Source of the DNA: Vulcanimicrobiota bacterium
GTDB lineage: Bacteria; Vulcanimicrobiota; Vulcanimicrobiia; Vulcanimicrobiales; Vulcanimicrobiaceae
Length of the DNA stretch: 64,000 bases
Reading direction: 5' to 3'
NCBI GenBank assembly: GCA_963777315.1
Contig: CAVZQC010000004.1
Span: 416,001-480,000, forward strand
Part shown: positions 60,601 to 64,000 of the stretch, piece by piece
Position numbering within the stretch: position 1 is the first letter of the stretch
Layout of the letters: each line of letters opens with the position of its first letter
Notes under the pieces: model-generated
The model's input: only the letters and a program-made list of their open reading frames with translations
What the model was told of the DNA's origin: nothing
Database searches by the model: none
Translations under genes and position numbers: made by a program

Positions 60601-63282
60601 CCGCACTTGATTTCGCGCCGCTTCGGCGCCTTCGACGATCTGCGTAACGCCGCTGTAGTCCATCTTCTGCAGCTCGACGTGCACGCGGGATCCGGCTTGC
60701 GGCTTTCCGGAGGGGTCGGTCACGATCACCGCGACGGAGACGGGTTTGCCCGCCGTTCCCACGAAATCGCTGCGCAGCCCAATCTGCAACGCACCAGGCA
60801 GCGCGGTGAAAGTCTGCGTCGCGCTGCTCGTCAGCTCTGAGGCGTCCGTAACCTCCCAATCGACGCGATAGGTCATCGCATACGGAAGGGCCTGGTCCAC
60901 GGAAATCGCCGCGACGCCTTTGCCGCCGGCATCCAAAGCAATCTTTTGCTCGCCGGCGTCCGACTGCACCTCCGGCGGCTGCTGCGGCCAAAACCACTGG
61001 CGGCCGAACGTGAAGTCGTCCCAACCCGTGGGCGAAAAGTTTGCTTGATCGCGCGTGACGTGCACGGCCGCCGTCACTCCGCTCATCGGCGCGCCGAAAA
61101 GATAGCGCGCCGTTCCTTGCGCGCGAACGACTTGGCCTGCGGCTGCGTACGTTTTGTCCAGCGACAGATCCACGCTGAAATTAGGCGGCCGAAACTCCGC
61201 CACGCGGAACGATCCGGTGGTCTGCACGCCGCTGGGTCCGGTTGCGACGATCGTGTAATATCCCAAAGCCTGCGACTTGGAAAAATCGATTGGAAAAGAG
61301 AACGTTGCATACCGGTTGGTCGTGTGCGCGGGCAACGTCGTCTTGACACCGCTCGGGCTTTCCAACTGCAGCGTGTACCAAGCGCCTCGATCGGCGTGAA
61401 GCGCGCCGTTCTGGAGCACGTAGCAAACGGCGGTAAACCAGCCGCGTTCGCCCGGCTGATACATTTGACGATCCGAGAAGACGGTTCCGCGCGACATCGG
61501 CTGGCCGGACGACCACGACGCGTCGCCGATCGACTGTGAATATTGGAAGACTCCGCTCCAGTCGAATGTCCGTACGTAAGCCCAGTCCGCACCTTCACGA
61601 GCCACGACGTAGAGTTGCGGCGCCTGATCGGCCGGCCGATTTCCGGCGTAACATGCTTGGAGATCGGGACCCGCGATCGTCAGCGTGCCGGACGCATCGG
61701 TCGTTCCTTGCGCGCATCGGCGCGCCGGTACGGGCAACGGTTCGTCCGCGTGCGAAGCGTACACGTCGACGGAAGCTCCGCGTACGGCGGCGCCATCGCT
61801 CAAATGCGCGACCATAATGACGCCGCTTTGGGCAAACCACTGCGCGAAGACGCCGAGGTTGGTCAGCTGCACGGTGCCGGCCATCGGAAACGATCCCGGC
61901 AAACCGGAGTCGGTACCGTACGCCAGCATTCCCGCCGGTTTTCCCAGCAGCTTTCGCAGCGGCACGTTTATCGTGCTCGTCCCGTTGCGCGCCGCGCCGG
62001 CGACGATGCGCCGCGGCCAGGCAGAGCGCGGCGGCAGCAGCTGCGCCGCATCGCCGTCGAAATTGGCGACGTCGGCAGGCGCGAGCACGCGATACTGCGC
62101 GCGATAAACGTTCGACGGCAAATTGGCCGCGCTGTACTGGAGTTGCAGATTCTGCGACGAAACGAACGTGTTGCTTCCGGTCGGCGCCCAAAAGTACGGT
62201 GCGAGATCGGGCGTTGTGTATCGCTGCTCGACGCCGCGGCCCAGATTCTGGCCGTAGACGTCCCGGAGCGAGGAGTCGAACCGGAAAGTATACGCCGTGC
62301 GCGGAGCGAGCGCGTAGGGGTTCACGTAGATTTCCGTGCGGTCGTCGGACAGCGAATAGAGCTGTGCCGACCGCGGGGCCGGAACGAGCGCAACGTGCCG
62401 GGCATACGTTTTGGGATCCAAACCATTGTTGAATACCAGCACGGGATCGCCGCCGGCAAAACGCGACAAGCCGTTCCACGTGAGCGGATCGGCCGTAGGG
62501 GCAACGCGCACGAATGACAGGGCAGAGTATGTCGTCATCGGCAGGTCCAGGGATGAACTGCTTGCCACGTTTCCACGCAGCGGCATGATACCCGGGGCGA
62601 TTCGCAGCCGGTAGTGCGTCGCTCTGCGCAAGTCGGTTTCCGGCGCGATCGCATAGGTGAAACCGGCGCCCTGCGGAGCCGGTGAAGGCGTGGTCACCAC
62701 GGCGCCCACGCTGCCCTGCGGTGACACGAACGCCGCGTGCCGAGCGACGTCGGCACTCGCTGCTTGCGCGCTCGAAACGATTCGCACCGACGGCATGAGC
62801 GATACGATGCCCGGCGTGGCCCGGATATCCGGGCGCAGTTGCAGGGGCGGCGTCGTAAACGTCCAGGCGAGATCGCGATCGAGCACGTGACCGCTCAGAT
62901 CGTCCAGCCCTTTGGTCAGCGTTACGCGCAGGCGCGTCGCGGGCGGCAGCGGGGCGTCGGACTGAAACGCAATCATGCGCGGCGTGAGAACGACGAACGC
63001 GCCCGGCAGCTCCGGCGCCAGCTGAAAGTGGCCGAGCACCGTTCGGTCGCGATCCGACCCAATCTGCTCGACCGGCAAGACGGGTGATTCGAACAGGATC
63101 CGGATTTGCGCGCGCTGCGAAACCGCGCCGAACGGCGAAAGGTGCGAAATCCACGCGGGAACCGCCGGGGAAGGCAAGGCTCGCACCGTCGCCATCGGTG
63201 CGGGTGCCTGCGAACCGGATTGCACGCATCCGCCAAGAACGGTAAACGCGATGATTCCCGCGATTCCAAGAGGCGCGCGCAT
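57688..63282 (-). CDS. Bacterial alpha-2-macroglobulin family lipoprotein
   Basis: Lipobox VLGGC, SDRQMYQPGE, FRVAEFRPP, PDDLTTWRVMA, DGGFGFW, DPLPAGFE and YLARSVTPG motifs. Confidence 0.93.
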   Translation of the reverse strand: MRAPLGIAGIIAFTVLGGCVQSGSQAPAPMATVRALPSPAVPAWISHLSPFGAVSQRAQIRILFESPVLPVEQIGSDRDRTVLGHFQLAPELPGAFVVLTPRMIAFQSDAPLPPATRLRVTLTKGLDDLSGHVLDRDLAWTFTTPPLQLRPDIRATPGIVSLMPSVRIVSSAQAASADVARHAAFVSPQGSVGAVVTTPSPAPQGAGFTYAIAPETDLRRATHYRLRIAPGIMPLRGNVASSSSLDLPMTTYSALSFVRVAPTADPLTWNGLSRFAGGDPVLVFNNGLDPKTYARHVALVPAPRSAQLYSLSDDRTEIYVNPYALAPRTAYTFRFDSSLRDVYGQNLGRGVEQRYTTPDLAPYFWAPTGSNTFVSSQNLQLQYSAANLPSNVYRAQYRVLAPADVANFDGDAAQLLPPRSAWPRRIVAGAARNGTSTINVPLRKLLGKPAGMLAYGTDSGLPGSFPMAGTVQLTNLGVFAQWFAQSGVIMVAHLSDGAAVRGASVDVYASHADEPLPVPARRCAQGTTDASGTLTIAGPDLQACYAGNRPADQAPQLYVVAREGADWAYVRTFDWSGVFQYSQSIGDASWSSGQPMSRGTVFSDRQMYQPGERGWFTAVCYVLQNGALHADRGAWYTLQLESPSGVKTTLPAHTTNRYATFSFPIDFSKSQALGYYTIVATGPSGVQTTGSFRVAEFRPPNFSVDLSLDKTYAAAGQVVRAQGTARYLFGAPMSGVTAAVHVTRDQANFSPTGWDDFTFGRQWFWPQQPPEVQSDAGEQKIALDAGGKGVAAISVDQALPYAMTYRVDWEVTDASELTSSATQTFTALPGALQIGLRSDFVGTAGKPVSVAVIVTDPSGKPQAGSRVHVELQKMDYSGVTQIVEGAEAARNQVRYVTVARADVESGSQPRPVSLVAPDSGSYRIRANFADAANAATATDTQVWITGAGPAVWGQENPSQLQLKLDKQQYGVGDMATVAVACPYDKADLYLSVVRDRVLYKTLVHVNGSAPRVRIPIEQSMFPNAAVEGVLVRRGAPLAQRSPLDVDSLVRIGLVPLTLDVRSRALSVRLEPVSASLEPHARESIRMRVVDRRGRAIRSQLTVMVVNDAILRLSGYRPPDLLQTVFAAQPIATRLADNRPDVTLAQISSATQKGWGFGGGFLAGAAGTRVRTHFMPLAYFNAGVTTDERGEAFVSFTTPDDLTTWRVMAVAATGDSIPRFGQADATFVTTKPLVTDPLMPQFARPGDRFDGGLLLMNATGTAVDARTQALLSGSLTFASNDVRTTQAQSTFGQGLNPWRFPMVVGSAGPASMQFITTTGRASDAFRVPLDIRSAGVSESTMDAGAAQTQDTIPVVVGNNGIVRIDFAGSLLPEIDAPVKRVLAVETPALLTPLASRLNIAVRMRELQAKLGAHTGIDASSAASDAVRGLLALQRIDGGFGFWPDADSSDAFASAYAVRALALAARSGIAVPKAALAKAKPYLVRGLSDPAGAVKWCTAASCKASLRLAMLEALASMGDRRTDFLQSIVAGRGDLGIAERIDLALYVQHTPGWGAQADSLARSLEREVAVTGRYINVQEQPSWYGSPVQAQAAYVRLLVDRGAPQQDADRALRALVAQQCKCGWSGLDDTAAALAAIADYANAQRAAPDFTAEAILDGSNAGSARFTAFSDPAHTIELRHLRPGSHTVVLRKTGSGTLHYVVSYTYALGADAPGQLSGLRAMRTIRAVNSSTPLATIDLSADAQPLAFAAGNVYDVEVQVITDHPVDRVLVDDPLPAGFEALDTSFATSAAYYRPLADDWQIDYQQIYRDRIVAFAQHLDPGAYAFHYLARSVTPGEYLWPGTHAYLLNAPEQFGRSSYRRVRVDL

Positions 63283-63344
63283 GCCGCACCGTTCTACGAA
63301 ATGACGGGAAATCTCTTGGTGCGGCGGAACGAGGTTGCGTGAGG

Positions 63345-64000
63345 ATGCGCTCGCGCCCTTGGGCCTTCATGCTCGCGGCGATCGCAGCGGTTGCCGTAGC
63401 GCCGCGTCTGTTTGCGATCCCGCCGGATCGTCTGCAGGGGCGCAGTACGTCCGCAACGTTTCTCGATCGATCGGGCGTTGCGCTGGGAACGGTGCTCGAA
63501 TCGACCGATTGGCGGTCGGTGTCTTTGCCGCTCGATCGCATTTCCTCGAATTTTCTCGATGCGATCGTCGCCTCGGAGGATGCGCGGTTTTACCGGCACG
63601 GCGCGATCGACGTCTTGGCTCTGGCACGCGCGTCGCTGCAGACGCTGCGCTGTCTGTGCGACGCCGGCGGAGCATCGACGTTAACGATGCAGACTGCCCG
63701 CGCGCAACTGGCGCTCCCCGGCGGCATACAGGGCAAGTTGCTGCAGATGTGGGATGCGCAGCGCATCGAAGCCGGCTCGGGCAAACGCGCGATTTTGGAC
63801 GCGTACGTCAACGGCGTCGCGATGGGCGGCAATCTGTACGGCGTCGAAGCCGCCTCGCGCGCATATTTCGGCATCCCTGCCGGCGATTTGGACCTCGCGC
63901 AAGCCGCGCTGCTGGCGGGGCTTCCGAACAATCCCGCGCAGCTCGATCCGCGCGAGCATTGGCAGGCCGCCCGCGCTCGGCAGCGATACGTGCTCGGGCG
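63345..64000 (+). CDS. pbpC: Penicillin-binding protein 1C, transglycosylase domain (runs off the window edge)
   Basis: Not in the ORF track. Manual translation gives MRSRPWAFMLAA...SEDARFYRHGAID...GASTLTMQTAR...YGVEAASRAYFG; adjacent to A2M. Confidence 0.85.
   Translation, partial: MRSRPWAFMLAAIAAVAVAPRLFAIPPDRLQGRSTSATFLDRSGVALGTVLESTDWRSVSLPLDRISSNFLDAIVASEDARFYRHGAIDVLALARASLQTLRCLCDAGGASTLTMQTARAQLALPGGIQGKLLQMWDAQRIEAGSGKRAILDAYVNGVAMGGNLYGVEAASRAYFGIPAGDLDLAQAALLAGLPNNPAQLDPREHWQAARARQRYVLG

Noticed and set aside
1..64000. Many long antisense or alternate-frame ORFs (e.g. 29159-31048, 33020-35071, 59047-60840, 61595-63541)
   Set aside because: Arg/Ala-rich shadow ORFs typical of high-GC DNA that overlap well-supported genes.
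1..64000. CRISPR array, rRNA or prophage genes
   Set aside because: No regularly spaced repeats, rRNA-like sequence or phage structural genes were found by eye.

Overview
GC-rich bacterial chromosomal segment. Gene content combines Terrabacteria-type genes (cdaA-cdaR-glmM, a SigB/SigF-type sigma factor, a c-di-AMP riboswitch) with outer-membrane markers (secretin, alpha-2-macroglobulin lipoprotein); this resembles Ca. Eremiobacterota, but that is inference only. Housekeeping genes: sdhA (partial), dnaE, ftsQ, ftsA, ftsZ, aroC-aroK-aroB, priA, rpsT, rsgA, cdaA-cdaR-glmM, tRNA-Gln and a xer recombinase. Most notable: (1) a 13-gene type IV pilus operon (17542-28382) that places a SigB/SigF-type sigma factor, a CcdA/DsbD-like redox protein and a TPR-like protein around a 2-Cys pilin; (2) a ydaO-type c-di-AMP riboswitch in front of an NlpC/P60 hydrolase, immediately after the c-di-AMP synthase operon; (3) a ~3.3 kb insert bounded by a diverged 462-bp duplication of an MFS gene 3' end, carrying an IS21 remnant and an unknown lipoprotein/secreted-protein pair; (4) at least five frameshifted genes, two of which break at the same 14-nt sequence; (5) candidate sigma-B, sigma-28 and sigma-70 promoters, a dif-like site next to the xer gene, an Xre-RES toxin-antitoxin pair, and a divergent A2M/PBP1C pair. 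No CRISPR array or rRNA was seen. All calls come from motif recognition by eye; no database searches were run.
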